Assembly (NCBI GenBank): GCA_903835065.1
Contig: CAILLO010000006.1
Location: 4,839 to 68,838, forward strand
Length of the DNA stretch: 64,000 nucleotides
Direction: 5' to 3'
Origin: an uncultured Eubacteriales bacterium
GTDB lineage: Bacteria; Bacillota; Clostridia; Saccharofermentanales; UBA5734
Shown here: in pieces, positions 9,398 to 19,348 of the stretch
Numbering within the stretch: the first letter of the stretch is position 1
Layout of the letters: each line of letters starts with the position of its first letter
The notes under the pieces: model-generated
Seen by the model: only the letters and a program-made list of their open reading frames with translations
Database searches by the model: none
Told to the model about the DNA's origin: nothing
Translations under genes and position numbers: made by a program

Positions 9398-10180
9398 ATG
9401 AACCTCATGCACAACCTCTGCGCCCTCTACAACGCGACCGAGCCCGAGGACACCTACCACCGGGCGCTCGGCGAGCTGCTGCGCAATCTGTCCGAAGTCC
9501 GCGAGGCCTCGATCTTCGAGATCGCCGACCTCTGCCACGTCTCCAAGGCGACGATGGAGCGCCTGATCCGGAAGCTCGGCTACCGGAGCCTCCCGAAGTT
9601 CCGGAACGACATCGCGATGATCGCGTCGAAATACACGTACTACAACCGGGTGCTGCCGCCCGCGACCGGCCGCGGCGACCGCGAGGCCGCGGCGGTGTAC
9701 TTCGCGGAAGTGCGCGCGACGGTCGACGCCCTGGAGGCGGGGGCCGACCTCGGTGAAATCCGGCGCATCGTCGACGCGATGCGCGGCGCGCGGCGCGTGG
9801 TCTTCTACACGATGGGCCGCTCGTTCTCCGAGATTCCGCTGCAGGTCTCCCTGTCCATCGCCGGCAAGGAGTCGCAGTGCTTCGACCGCTATGCGGACCA
9901 GCTCGCCGACGCGTCCCGCCTGGACCCGTCCAGCGTCGTCTTCGTCGAGACGATCGACTTCCAGAACGCGCTCGACATGGAGCCCGTCTTCGCGGAGGTA
10001 CGCCGGCGCGGCGCGCGCATCGTGCTCGTGACGACCAGCGCCGCCTCGCAGTACGCCCGGTTCGCGGACTTCCGGCTCGTCGCGCGTTTCACGGAGACGA
10101 TGGTCAGCGACTACGGACTTCAGATGGGGCTCGACCTCGTCCACCTGGCCTTCCGCCGCGAGGCGATCGACCGGGCCTGA
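9398..10180 (+). CDS. MurR/RpiR family transcriptional regulator (HTH + SIS domain)
   Basis: N-terminal HTH (SIFEIADLCHVSKATMERLIRKLGY) and a C-terminal SIS-like region. Divergent from the isomerase operon. Confidence 0.8.
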   Translation: MNLMHNLCALYNATEPEDTYHRALGELLRNLSEVREASIFEIADLCHVSKATMERLIRKLGYRSLPKFRNDIAMIASKYTYYNRVLPPATGRGDREAAAVYFAEVRATVDALEAGADLGEIRRIVDAMRGARRVVFYTMGRSFSEIPLQVSLSIAGKESQCFDRYADQLADASRLDPSSVVFVETIDFQNALDMEPVFAEVRRRGARIVLVTTSAASQYARFADFRLVARFTETMVSDYGLQMGLDLVHLAFRREAIDRA

Positions 10181-10192
10181 AAGGCGGGACCC

Positions 10193-10888
10193 TCACTCGT
10201 CGACCAGGCGATAGCCCACCCCGACTTCGGTCCGGATGTACCGGGGGTGGGTGGGTTCGGCCTCGATCTTGTGGCGGATGCCCGTCATGAAGACGCGCAG
10301 CGAATTCGCGTCCTTGTCCAGGACGACACCCCACAGTTCCTTCGCGAGCAGCCGGTGCGTCAGGACCTTTCCGGCGTTGCGGGCCATCAGCGCCAGGATC
10401 TTGTACTCGTTCGGCGTCAGATGCACTTCGGCGCCGTCGAGGACGACCCGGCGCCGGTCGAACTCGATCCGGAGCCTCCCGACTTCGTACACGGGGTCGT
10501 CCCTTCGCCCGGCGACCTGCGCCGAGTGGCGCAGCGCGACGCGGATGCGGGCCAGGAGCTCGACCATGCTGAAGGGCTTGCTGAGATAGTCGTCCGCTCC
10601 ACTGTCCAGCGTCCGGGCCATCTCGCTCTCCTGGTCGCGCGCCGTGACGACGATCACGGGGACCTGCGAGAACGAGCGGATCTTCCGCAGCACCTCCGTC
10701 CCGTCGATGTCCGGCAGTCCGAGGTCCAGCAGTACCACGTCCGGGGCCTCCTGCGTCAGCAGGCGGAGCCCCTGGCGGCCGTCCGCGGCCTCGAGGCAGA
10801 CGTAGTCGCGCGCTTTCAGCGTCACGCGGATGAAGTTCGCGATCGTCCGGTCGTCCTCGATCAGGAGCACGGTGGGCCGGTCAGCCAT
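10193..10888 (-). CDS. kdpE: KdpE response regulator (OmpR family)
   Basis: Receiver domain (LLIEDD, D in LLDLGLPD) plus a winged-helix C-terminus. Overlaps the kdpD 3' end. Confidence 0.9.
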   Translation of the reverse strand: MADRPTVLLIEDDRTIANFIRVTLKARDYVCLEAADGRQGLRLLTQEAPDVVLLDLGLPDIDGTEVLRKIRSFSQVPVIVVTARDQESEMARTLDSGADDYLSKPFSMVELLARIRVALRHSAQVAGRRDDPVYEVGRLRIEFDRRRVVLDGAEVHLTPNEYKILALMARNAGKVLTHRLLAKELWGVVLDKDANSLRVFMTGIRHKIEAEPTHPRYIRTEVGVGYRLVDE

Positions 10889-13622
10889 TCCGCACCTCCG
10901 CGGCCGCCCGCATCGGGATCGTGAAGCGGAACACCGCGCCGCGGGGCTGGGCGTTGAAGGCCGAAATCGTACCGCCGTGCGCCGTGACGATCGACCGGGA
11001 GATCGACAGGCCCAGGCCGATCCCCCGGCGGGCGTCGGCGCGGCTCTCCCCCTTGGTGAAGAACCGGTCGAACAGGTGCGGGATGTCCTTCTCGTCGATG
11101 CCCGGCCCGTCGTCCCGGACTTCGAACGTCGCCGCCGGTCCGTCGCACCAGGCGTTGACCTGGATGGTCGTCCCTTCGGGCGTGTACCGCACCGCGTTGT
11201 CGATCAGGTTGACGAGGACCTGTTCGATCAGCCGGCCGTCCATGGGCACCATGTCGGACGGCTGGCGGAGATGCGTCTCGATCCGGTGGCCGTGGAGATG
11301 CTTCTCGATGTGTTCGAGGGACTCGGCCACGATCTCCTCGACGACCTCGTCCTTGACGTGGAGGGCCAGCCGGCCCTCGTCGATCCTCGTGACGCTGAGC
11401 AGGTTCTCGACAATCTGGATGAGCCAGTCCGCGTCGTCGCAGATGGACTGCAGCAGTTCCTTCCGCGTGGCGGGGTCGAGCGTGTCGTCGTTCTCGAGCG
11501 CCGTGGCGGCGGCTCCGGAGATGCCCGTCAGCGGCGTGCGGAGGTCGTGTGAGACGGCGCGGAGCAGGTTGGACCTCAGCTCTTCGCGCTCGATGTTCTT
11601 CTGGGCCAGGTGACCGGCTTCGTCGAGCTGTTCGCGCTCCACGGCCAGGGCGATCTGCCCGGTCACGGTCATCAGCTTCCGCCGCTGCTCGGCGGGCAGC
11701 GGGCGGCCGTTGGCGCAGAGCACGCCGATCACGGCCAGGGCCTTCAATTCGCCGATGACGGGCAGATAGAACCCGGCCGACCCGGGCAGCGTATCCGTGC
11801 CGCACCCGGCCTGCCGGGCGTTCTCGAGCACCCAGTGGGCGACCGACCGCTCGTTCGGTGTCAGGAGGGCTCCGGCGCCGTCGTTGCCGACCTCCTTCGC
11901 TACGGCGGGTTCCGGTAGCTCGGATTCTCCGTTGCCGTCCGGAATATAGCAGACGACCGGACGGTCGAGAAGTTTCACCAGGTGGCTGGAGATCGCCTCC
12001 GCGAGAGAATCCATGTCCTGGGCGCACAAGAGGACCCGGCTGGTCTGGAGCAGCAGGTCGTCCGTCTTCTCGCGCTCCGCCACGATGCGCGCCTGGCGGC
12101 GGATCCGCGTCGTCAGGGTCGTCGTCAGGAGGGCGGCGCCGAGCATGACCGCGAACGTCAGCGGATAGTCGCGGCCATAGGCCAGCAGCGTGTATTTCGG
12201 CTCCGTGAAGAAATAATTGAAGGTCAGGACGGACAGGACGGAACTGAGGATTCCCGGTACATGGCCGTTCGTCAGGGAGGAGACGACCAGCACGCCCATT
12301 AGGTAGAGGACGACGAGACTGGATTCCGAATACGCGCTGCGCTGCAGGAAGAACCCGACCAGGGTGACGACGGCGATCACGAGCAGCATGACGAGCAGGT
12401 CCCGCAGCGAGACGTGGAAGTTCAGCGCCGGCATCCGGAACCTGCGGCGCTTGTGCTGGGAGCGGTCCTCCGGGATGACGTAGACGTCGATGTAGGGCGT
12501 CGCGGCGATGATCCGGTCGGCAATGTCGATGTTGAAGAGGCGTCGCTGGAACGACAGATTCCGGTGGTACTTCCCGATGACGATTTTCGTGACGTTGCGG
12601 ACCCGGGAGTACTGCACGACCTGCTCCGCGATGTCGTCGCCCTGCACGGTCACGACCCGTGCGCCGAGCCGCTCGGCCAGGTCCATGTTCTCCTTGAGGC
12701 GCTGCCGCTCGTCCTCCTGCATCCGCTTGCGCTGGGGCGTCTCCACGTACAGCGCGATCCAGCGGGCGTGGAAGGCCTCGGCGATCCGGCTGGCCGAGCG
12801 GATCACGTGGCCGTTCTGCTGGGAGGAGCTCAGGCACACGAGCAGGGTCTCGCCCAGGGCCGCCAAGCCCTCGTCGGCTCCCCGCAGCTTCTGGGGCGTG
12901 CTGAGATTGAAGATCCGGTCCGCGCTGCGCCGCATCGCGATTTCGCGCAGCGCGACGAGGTTGTGCTCGGTGAAGAAGTTCTGCGTCGCGAGGGAGGCCT
13001 GGCGAGGGACGTAGACCTTGCCTTCGCGCAGGCGCTGGATCAGGTCGGTCGGTTCGATGTCGATGAGCTCGACCTGATCGGCGCCATCGAACACGGCGTC
13101 GGGAATCGTCTCGCGGACCAGCACCTGGGTGATGGACGCCACGATGTCGTTGAGGCTCTCGATGTGCTGGACGTTGACCGTGGTGTAGACGTCGATTCCG
13201 GAAGCCAGCAGCTCCTCCACGTCCTGCCAGCGCTTCCGGTGCCGCATCCCTTCGGCGTTCGAATGCGCCAGCTCGTCGACGAGGAGGATACCGGGACGGC
13301 GCGCCAGGGCGGCATCCAGGTCGAATTCCTTCAGCAGGAGCTCGCCCTGGCTGACTTCCCGATAAGGAAGACGCTCGATGCCGATGGCCAGGTTCATGGT
13401 CTCCGGACGGGCATGGGGTTCCAGGTATCCGATGACGACGTCGGTGCCGGCCTTCTTCTGCGAAAGGGCGGAGTCGAGCATGGAGTAGGTCTTGCCGACT
13501 CCGGCGGCGTAGCCGAAGAAGATCTTGAGCTTGCCCCGCGCCTGGACCTGCTCCTCCCGCTTCACTCGCTCGAGCAGTTCTTCCGGGTCGGGACGGGAAT
13601 CCCCTGGCCGTCGGTCCATCAT
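10881..13622 (-). CDS. kdpD: KdpD sensor histidine kinase
   Basis: 913 aa. N-terminal KdpD domain with P-loop (GYAAGVGKT), then USP, TM segments, HisKA (SHDLRTPL) and HATPase regions. Confidence 0.95.
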   Translation of the reverse strand: MMDRRPGDSRPDPEELLERVKREEQVQARGKLKIFFGYAAGVGKTYSMLDSALSQKKAGTDVVIGYLEPHARPETMNLAIGIERLPYREVSQGELLLKEFDLDAALARRPGILLVDELAHSNAEGMRHRKRWQDVEELLASGIDVYTTVNVQHIESLNDIVASITQVLVRETIPDAVFDGADQVELIDIEPTDLIQRLREGKVYVPRQASLATQNFFTEHNLVALREIAMRRSADRIFNLSTPQKLRGADEGLAALGETLLVCLSSSQQNGHVIRSASRIAEAFHARWIALYVETPQRKRMQEDERQRLKENMDLAERLGARVVTVQGDDIAEQVVQYSRVRNVTKIVIGKYHRNLSFQRRLFNIDIADRIIAATPYIDVYVIPEDRSQHKRRRFRMPALNFHVSLRDLLVMLLVIAVVTLVGFFLQRSAYSESSLVVLYLMGVLVVSSLTNGHVPGILSSVLSVLTFNYFFTEPKYTLLAYGRDYPLTFAVMLGAALLTTTLTTRIRRQARIVAEREKTDDLLLQTSRVLLCAQDMDSLAEAISSHLVKLLDRPVVCYIPDGNGESELPEPAVAKEVGNDGAGALLTPNERSVAHWVLENARQAGCGTDTLPGSAGFYLPVIGELKALAVIGVLCANGRPLPAEQRRKLMTVTGQIALAVEREQLDEAGHLAQKNIEREELRSNLLRAVSHDLRTPLTGISGAAATALENDDTLDPATRKELLQSICDDADWLIQIVENLLSVTRIDEGRLALHVKDEVVEEIVAESLEHIEKHLHGHRIETHLRQPSDMVPMDGRLIEQVLVNLIDNAVRYTPEGTTIQVNAWCDGPAATFEVRDDGPGIDEKDIPHLFDRFFTKGESRADARRGIGLGLSISRSIVTAHGGTISAFNAQPRGAVFRFTIPMRAAAEVRNG

Positions 13623-13632
13623 GTCGGTGCCC

Positions 13633-14226
13633 TCACTGCCTGGCCAACGCGTCGAGCGCGATGTTCAGCTCCAGGACGTTCACCCGCTCCTCGCCGAAGA
13701 TTCCGAGGAAACGGCCCTGGGTGTGTTCGGCGACCAGTTTCGCCAGGGAATCCGCCGCGAGTCCCCTCGCCCTGGCGACGCGACCCGCCTGATAGAGTGC
13801 GCCCGCGACCGAGATATCGGGGTCCATGCCGCTCGCCGAGGCCGTCACCAGATCCACGGGGACTGCCGCTTCATTGCCGGGGTCCGCGTCGCGAAGGTAG
13901 GCGATGCGGGCCTGCACGGCCGCCGCCTCGTCCCCGCTCGTCACGGACAGGTTCGAACCGGCGCTGGCGAGGACGTTGTAGGGATAGTCCGCCGTCGCGG
14001 AGGGTCTGCCCCAGAAATAGCCCGGGTCGGTGAAGTTCTGGCCGATCAGCGAGGATCCGACGGCGGTTCCATTCTTCTGGATGATACTTCCGTTGGCCTG
14101 GCGCGGGAAGAAGAGCTGGGCGACGCCGGTCACCGCGAGCGTGTACAGGACGCCGCAGAGGAGCGTCAGGACCAGAAGCATCAGCAGGGATCGGACAAGA
14201 GTCTTCCGGATGTTCATTTCGTTCAC
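13633..14226 (-). CDS. kdpC: K+-transporting ATPase subunit C
   Basis: About 197 aa with a single N-terminal TM segment. Family pattern matches KdpC, and the gene sits between kdpB and kdpD. Confidence 0.9.
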   Translation of the reverse strand: MNEMNIRKTLVRSLLMLLVLTLLCGVLYTLAVTGVAQLFFPRQANGSIIQKNGTAVGSSLIGQNFTDPGYFWGRPSATADYPYNVLASAGSNLSVTSGDEAAAVQARIAYLRDADPGNEAAVPVDLVTASASGMDPDISVAGALYQAGRVARARGLAADSLAKLVAEHTQGRFLGIFGEERVNVLELNIALDALARQ

Positions 14227-14227
14227 C

Positions 14228-16309
14228 TCAAGCCAGTCCGAAGGCCACGAGCAGCAGGTCGATGGCCTTGATCGCGAGGAACGGGGCGATGAGCCCCCCG
14301 ACGCCGTATAGCAGCAGGTTGCGCTTCAGCAGGACGGCCGCCGGCACCTCCCGGTACTTGACGCCCTTCAGGGCGAGCGGGATCAAGGCCACGATGATGA
14401 GCGCGTTGTAGATCACGGCGGACAGGATGGCACTCTGCGGGCTGTGCAGCCCCATGACGTTCAGGGCGCCGAGGGCGGGGTAGATGCCGAGGAACAGCGG
14501 CGGGATGATGGCGAAGTACTTCGACACGTCGTTCGCGATGGAGAACGTCGTGAGCGCGCCGCGGGTCATCAGCAGCTGCTTGCCGATGCGCACGATATCG
14601 ATGAGCTTGGTCGGGTTGCTGTCGAGGTCCACCATGTTGCCGGCTTCCTTGGCGGCCTGCGTCCCCGTGTTCATCGCCACGGCGACGTCGGCCTGCGCCA
14701 GGGCCGGCGCGTCGTTCGTCCCGTCGCCCGTCATGGCGACGAGGTGGCCCTTCCGCTGGTATTCGCGGATCATCGCGAGCTTGCTCTCCGGCGTCGCCTC
14801 GGCGAGGAAGTCGTCCACGCCGGATTCCGCGGCGATGGCGGCCGCCGTCATCGGGTTGTCCCCCGTGATCATGATGGTCTTGATGCCCATCTTCCGGAGG
14901 TCCTCGAAGCGTTCCTTCACGCCGTGCTTGACGATGTCCTTCAGGTGGATGACCCCCAGGATCTCCGCGTCGCGGGCGACCACCAGCGGGGTGCCGCCCG
15001 AGCGCGCGATGGATTCGACGATGCGCTGGCACTGGGCGTCCATCGCCCCGCCCTGTTCCTCGACGAAGCGTCGGACGGCTTCGGAAGCCCCCTTGCGGAT
15101 CCTGCGGCCGTCGATGTCGACTCCGCTCATCCGCGTCTGGGCCGTGAAGGGCACGAAGACGATGCTGCTCTGGCCGAGCGTGCGGGCGCGGATGTTGAAT
15201 TCCTCCTTGGCCAGCACGACGATGCTGCGGCCTTCCGGGGTCTCGTCGGCGAGCGAGGAGAGTTGCGCGACATCGGCCAGCTCCCGCTCCTCGACGCCGT
15301 CCAGCGGCAGGAAGGCCGTCGCCTGCCGGTTGCCGAGCGTGATCGTGCCGGTCTTGTCGAGCAGCAGCACGTCCACGTCGCCGGCGGCCTCGATCGCCCG
15401 GCCGCTCATCGCGAGCACGTTGGCCTGGTTCAGGCGGCTCATGCCGGCGATGCCGATGGAAGAGAGCAACGCTCCGATGGTGGTCGGCGCCAGGCAGACC
15501 AGCAGCGCGACGAGGGACGTGACCGAGACCCAGGCGCCGCGGCCCAGCTGGGCGACGGCGAAGACGCTGTAGGGGAGGAGCGTGGCGCAGACGACGAGGA
15601 AGATGATCGTGAGGGCGACGAGCAGGATCTGGAGGGCGATCTCGTTGGGCGTCTTCTGCCGCGACGCGCCTTCGACCATGGCGATCATCCGGTCGAGGAA
15701 GCTGTCTCCGGGCATGGAGGAGACCCGGACGACGAGACGGTCGGACAGCACCGTCGTGCCCCCCGTGACCGCGCTCCGGTCTCCGCCGGCCTCCCGGATG
15801 ACGGGTGCGGATTCGCCGGTGATGGCGCTCTCGTCGACCGAGGCGGCGCCCACGACGACGTCGCCGTCGGCCGGGACCTGTTCGCCGGCCAGGACGAGCA
15901 CGAAGTCCCCCAAGATGAGCCTTTCGGAATCCACGTCGACCGACCGGGCTTCAAAATCAGGACGGTCAAGCTTGTGCGCCAGGATGTTCCGCTTCGCGCG
16001 GCGCAGCGAGTCCGCCTGCGCCTTGCCCCGCCCCTCGGCGATGGCCTCCGCGAAATCGGCGAACAGCACCGTGAACCACAGCAGCAGGCTGATGGCGAGG
16101 ATGAAGTCCGGGTCGGTGTCCGAGGCGCCCTTGAGCGCCGAGAAATAGAAGACCAGCGTCAGGATCGCGGCGATGTACACCACGAACATGACCGGGTTCT
16201 TCCACTGCGTGGAGGGGGCCAGCTTCCGGAAGGAATCCCCCACGGCGCGCAGCAGCATCCTGCCCGTAAGAGCACCGTTCGACTTCATTCTTCGATTCAT
16301 CGCATCCAC
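14228..16309 (-). CDS. kdpB: K+-transporting P-type ATPase subunit B
   Basis: DKTGTIT phosphorylation motif, TGDN and [10 protein letters not shown] motifs. 693 aa. Confidence 0.95.
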   Translation of the reverse strand: MDAMNRRMKSNGALTGRMLLRAVGDSFRKLAPSTQWKNPVMFVVYIAAILTLVFYFSALKGASDTDPDFILAISLLLWFTVLFADFAEAIAEGRGKAQADSLRRAKRNILAHKLDRPDFEARSVDVDSERLILGDFVLVLAGEQVPADGDVVVGAASVDESAITGESAPVIREAGGDRSAVTGGTTVLSDRLVVRVSSMPGDSFLDRMIAMVEGASRQKTPNEIALQILLVALTIIFLVVCATLLPYSVFAVAQLGRGAWVSVTSLVALLVCLAPTTIGALLSSIGIAGMSRLNQANVLAMSGRAIEAAGDVDVLLLDKTGTITLGNRQATAFLPLDGVEERELADVAQLSSLADETPEGRSIVVLAKEEFNIRARTLGQSSIVFVPFTAQTRMSGVDIDGRRIRKGASEAVRRFVEEQGGAMDAQCQRIVESIARSGGTPLVVARDAEILGVIHLKDIVKHGVKERFEDLRKMGIKTIMITGDNPMTAAAIAAESGVDDFLAEATPESKLAMIREYQRKGHLVAMTGDGTNDAPALAQADVAVAMNTGTQAAKEAGNMVDLDSNPTKLIDIVRIGKQLLMTRGALTTFSIANDVSKYFAIIPPLFLGIYPALGALNVMGLHSPQSAILSAVIYNALIIVALIPLALKGVKYREVPAAVLLKRNLLLYGVGGLIAPFLAIKAIDLLLVAFGLA

Positions 16310-16318
16310 CCCCGTCGC

Positions 16319-17998
16319 CTATCGGATTCTGGAGAGTTGCTCGGCGACGGGCCCCAACGCCAGCGCAGGGAAGAAGCTCAAGGCGCCCAGGATCAGCACC
16401 ACGAAAATGAGCAGACCCACGAACAGGAGATTGTTGGTCGAAAGGGTCCCTGCGCTGACAGGCACGAGCTTCTTGCCTGCGAGGGATCCGGCGATGCCCA
16501 GCGTCGCCGCGATCGGCACGAAGCGGCCGACGAGCATCGAGACGGCCAGGGCGACATCGTAGAAGACCGAATTCGCGTTCAGGCCCGCGAAGGCGCTGCC
16601 GTTGTTGTTGGCGGCTGAGGAGAACGCGTAGAGGATTTCGGAGAAGCCATGCGCCCCGGTGTTGGCCAGCGCCGCGGAAGTTCCGGGGTAGACGGCGGCC
16701 AGGGCCGTGCCCAGCAGGACTGTCAGCGTCGGTCCCAGGATGACCAGGACTGCCATTCGCATCTCCCAGGGTTCGATCTTCTTGCCCAGGTATTCCGGCG
16801 TCCGCCCCACCATCAGGCCCGCGATGAACACGGCCATCAGCGCGAAGGCGATCATTCCATAGAGCCCACTGCCGACGCCGCCGCCGACCACCTCGCCGAG
16901 CTGCATCAGGACGAGGAGCACGAGCCCGCCGAGCGGCGTGAAGGAATCGTGCATGGCGTTGACGGACCCGTTTGAAGCTGCAGTAGTCGTGACAGCCCAA
17001 AGCGAGGAGTCGACGATACCAAACCGCGTTTCCTTGCCTTCCATGTTGCCGGCCGACTGCTCGAAGTACAGCGCGAACGCGAGACAGGCGACGAAGATGA
17101 CGAGCATCGCGGCGAGCAGGGCGAGGCCCTGCCGCTTCTGGCGCACGGCGTACCCGAAGGCGAAGCAGCAGGCGAAGGGGAGGAGGAGGATGGACAGCAT
17201 CTCCAGCAGATTGGAGAAGGGCGTCGGATTCTCGAACGGGTGGGCCGAGTTGACGCCGAAGAAGCCACCGCCGTTCGTTCCCAGTTGCTTGATGGCGATC
17301 TGGCTGGCCGCGGGACCCATCGGCAGGGTCTGCGAAGCGATGGTGGTCCCGTTCGAGACGAAGGGCTGCAGGACGGAGACCTGCTGGTAGTCGCCGAAGT
17401 TCTGGACGACGCCTTGGGATACGAGCAGGATCGCCAGCACGAAGGAGAGCGGAAGAAGGATGTGGACGATGCCGCGGACGAGGTCCTGCCAGAAATTCCC
17501 GATGGTCTTCATCGATGCGCGCGTGAACCCGCGGATCAGGGCGAACAGCACCGCGAGGCCGACGGCCGCGGACACGAAGTTCTGGACGGCCAGCCCCAGC
17601 ATCTGGGTCAGGTAGCTCATCGTGGTCTCGCCCGAATAGGACTGCCAGTTGGTGTTCGTCACGAAGCTGACGGCCGTGTTCAGGGCCAGGTGCCAGGAGA
17701 GGCCGGACATCCCCTGGGGATTCAGCGGCAGCAGGTTCTGGAGCAGCTGCAGCGCGAACACGGCCAGGAAGCACACCGCGCTGAAGATGCCGACGGCCGC
17801 GAGGTATTGCTTCCAGTCCATCTCCTCTTCCGGGTCGATCCTCGCGAGACGGTGGACCAGGCGTTCGACGGGGACGAAGATCCCGGAGGTCCAGGTCTTC
17901 CGACCCTCCATGACCTTCCAGAGGTAGCGGCCCAGCGGCCAGGCCAGCAGCACCACGAGCACGACGAACAGGACGCTTTGAAGAATCAGATTGGTCAT
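16319..17998 (-). CDS. kdpA: K+-transporting ATPase subunit A
   Basis: Polytopic membrane protein of about 560 aa starting MTNLILQ. Typical KdpA selectivity-filter-like GTNGGGF segments. Confidence 0.9.
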   Translation of the reverse strand: MTNLILQSVLFVVLVVLLAWPLGRYLWKVMEGRKTWTSGIFVPVERLVHRLARIDPEEEMDWKQYLAAVGIFSAVCFLAVFALQLLQNLLPLNPQGMSGLSWHLALNTAVSFVTNTNWQSYSGETTMSYLTQMLGLAVQNFVSAAVGLAVLFALIRGFTRASMKTIGNFWQDLVRGIVHILLPLSFVLAILLVSQGVVQNFGDYQQVSVLQPFVSNGTTIASQTLPMGPAASQIAIKQLGTNGGGFFGVNSAHPFENPTPFSNLLEMLSILLLPFACCFAFGYAVRQKRQGLALLAAMLVIFVACLAFALYFEQSAGNMEGKETRFGIVDSSLWAVTTTAASNGSVNAMHDSFTPLGGLVLLVLMQLGEVVGGGVGSGLYGMIAFALMAVFIAGLMVGRTPEYLGKKIEPWEMRMAVLVILGPTLTVLLGTALAAVYPGTSAALANTGAHGFSEILYAFSSAANNNGSAFAGLNANSVFYDVALAVSMLVGRFVPIAATLGIAGSLAGKKLVPVSAGTLSTNNLLFVGLLIFVVLILGALSFFPALALGPVAEQLSRIR

Positions 17999-18008
17999 CT
18001 CACACACC

Positions 18009-18086
18009 TCAATGGAACAGCATGTAGGCGAGATAGACCAGGAGTCCCAGGGCGCAGACGCCCGATAACGCAATCAACCAAGCCAT
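18009..18086 (-). CDS. kdpF: K+-transporting ATPase subunit F (25-aa single-TM peptide [25 protein letters not shown])
   Basis: Small ORF immediately upstream of kdpA with a GAGAGGA RBS. Hydrophobic, with KdpF-like LV/YLxYAL composition. Coordinates are hand-counted and accurate to about 1 nt. Confidence 0.6.
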   Translation of the reverse strand: MAWLIALSGVCALGLLVYLAYMLFH

Positions 18087-18125
18087 GCCGCATCCTCTCT
18101 TTCAGGACCATCGTACCGCGCCTGA

Positions 18126-18142
18126 CATTAGGAATCAATTAG
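18126..18142 (-). promoter_or_regulatory. Putative KdpE box: direct repeat CTAAT-N6-CTAAT in the AT-richer kdpF upstream region
   Basis: On the minus strand the motif reads CTAATTGATTCCTAATG. It lies about 45 nt upstream of the kdpF ATG, and the direct-repeat spacing of about 11 bp is typical for OmpR-family binding. Confidence 0.35.
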
Positions 18143-18189
18143 AGACCGGGAGGGCGGGCGTTAGGAACCGGTTCGGGACGCGCCGTCCC

Positions 18190-18770
18190 GCCGCGCCCAG
18201 ACTTCCGGGCCCCGTATGCGTGAACGGGGTCCATTACTTCGACACGGCCTACCTGGAGTACGGGGTCTTCCAGGCCTCCGACGGGGAGTGCGAACGCAGC
18301 GTGCTGGACGCCCTCGGCGTCGGCTACCGCTCCGTCGACGCCGCCCGGTCCTATGGGAATGAGGAGGGGGTTGGACGGGCCATCGGCGTCTCGGACTTCT
18401 ACCCCAACCGGCTCGCCGACCTGTGCCGGTTCGTGGAGGTCATGCCCGCGGTCGACCAGGTGGAGCCCACGTGTACCGGCAGCAGGTCCTGGCCCGCGAG
18501 TCCATGGACAAGCACGGCGTCCGGATCGAATCCTGGGGTCCCTTCGCGGAAGGTCGCAAGGACCTCTTCACGAATTCCGTCCTGAAGGGCATCGGCGACC
18601 GGCTGGGGAAGTCCGTGGCCCAGGTGGCCCTGCGTTTCCTGATCCAGCGGGGCGTCGTGATCATCCCGAAATCCACCCACCGGGAGCGGATGGAGGAGAA
18701 TTTCCGCGTGTTCGACTTCGCGCTGTCCGACGAAAACGTGCAAGCCGTCTCCGGCGCTGGACGAGGGACA
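18190..18770 (+). pseudogene. Aldo/keto reductase pseudogene (N-terminally truncated, internal deletion and frameshift)
   Basis: Two frames carry AKR signature blocks. One has [29 protein letters not shown]. The other has [45 protein letters not shown]. The roughly 80 aa between the VGxAI and IGVSNF blocks are missing, and the frame shifts near 18420-18480. Confidence 0.6.
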
Positions 18771-18852
18771 GAGCCTCTTCTTCTCGCATGCGGACCCCGT
18801 GAGGGTCGAGTGGCTGAGAAGTCACGAGGCGCCCCCTCGTGACTGTTCCATC

Positions 18853-18905
18853 TTGACAGGGGAGGGAGTCCGTCGCATATTATATATGAACACATGTTCA
18901 CATGA
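18853..18905 (+). promoter_or_regulatory. Sigma70-like promoter (TTGACA...TATTAT) with an overlapping ArsR/SmtB-type 12-2-12 operator TATATGAACAcaTGTTCACATGA
   Basis: Perfect TTGACA -35. An AT-rich -10 sits in an otherwise 70% GC context. The inverted repeat TGAACA-N2-TGTTCA matches the CadC/CzrA/SmtB operator architecture and lies about 50 bp upstream of the arsR-family gene. Confidence 0.7.
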
Positions 18906-18956
18906 GCCGATGAAAATGCTTCGAACGTCGAGATCCGAAGACCGGAGGAGCCCGCC

Positions 18957-19325
18957 ATGAGAGAGAACCAGACCCCCGTCGAAAGCTGTTCCTGCGACGT
19001 GATCCACCAGAACGTCGTCGACCGCGTCAAGCCCCTCATGCCGAAGGAAGAGGCGCTCTACGACCTCGCGGAGCTGTTCAAGGTCTTCGGCGACACGACC
19101 CGGATCCGGATCCTGTGGGCGCTCGACGCCTCCGAGATGTGCGTGTGCGACATCGCCTTCCTCCTGAACATGACCCAGTCCGCGATCTCGCACCAGCTCC
19201 GCGTCCTCAAGCAGGCGCAGCTGGTCCGGGGCCGCAAGGACGGCAAGATCGTCTTCTACTCGCTGGAGGACGAGCACGTCCGGCAGATCTTCGACCAGGG
19301 CCTCGTCCACATCCATGAAATGTGA
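18957..19325 (+). CDS. cadC: ArsR/SmtB family metalloregulator (CadC/CzrA-like)
   Basis: HTH (LFKVFGDTTRIRILWAL) and an alpha3N-type CVCD metal-site motif. 122 aa. Confidence 0.85.
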   Translation: MRENQTPVESCSCDVIHQNVVDRVKPLMPKEEALYDLAELFKVFGDTTRIRILWALDASEMCVCDIAFLLNMTQSAISHQLRVLKQAQLVRGRKDGKIVFYSLEDEHVRQIFDQGLVHIHEM

Positions 19326-19348
19326 AGGTCGGAAGGAGCGTCGGCACC

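Noticed and set aside
18085-19039. Multiple overlapping ORFs (166 aa, 149 aa, 139 aa on plus; 199 aa and 114 aa on minus) treated as separate genes
   Set aside because: The plus-strand frames together reconstitute one decayed aldo/keto reductase, annotated as a pseudogene. The minus-strand ORFs are antisense artefacts.
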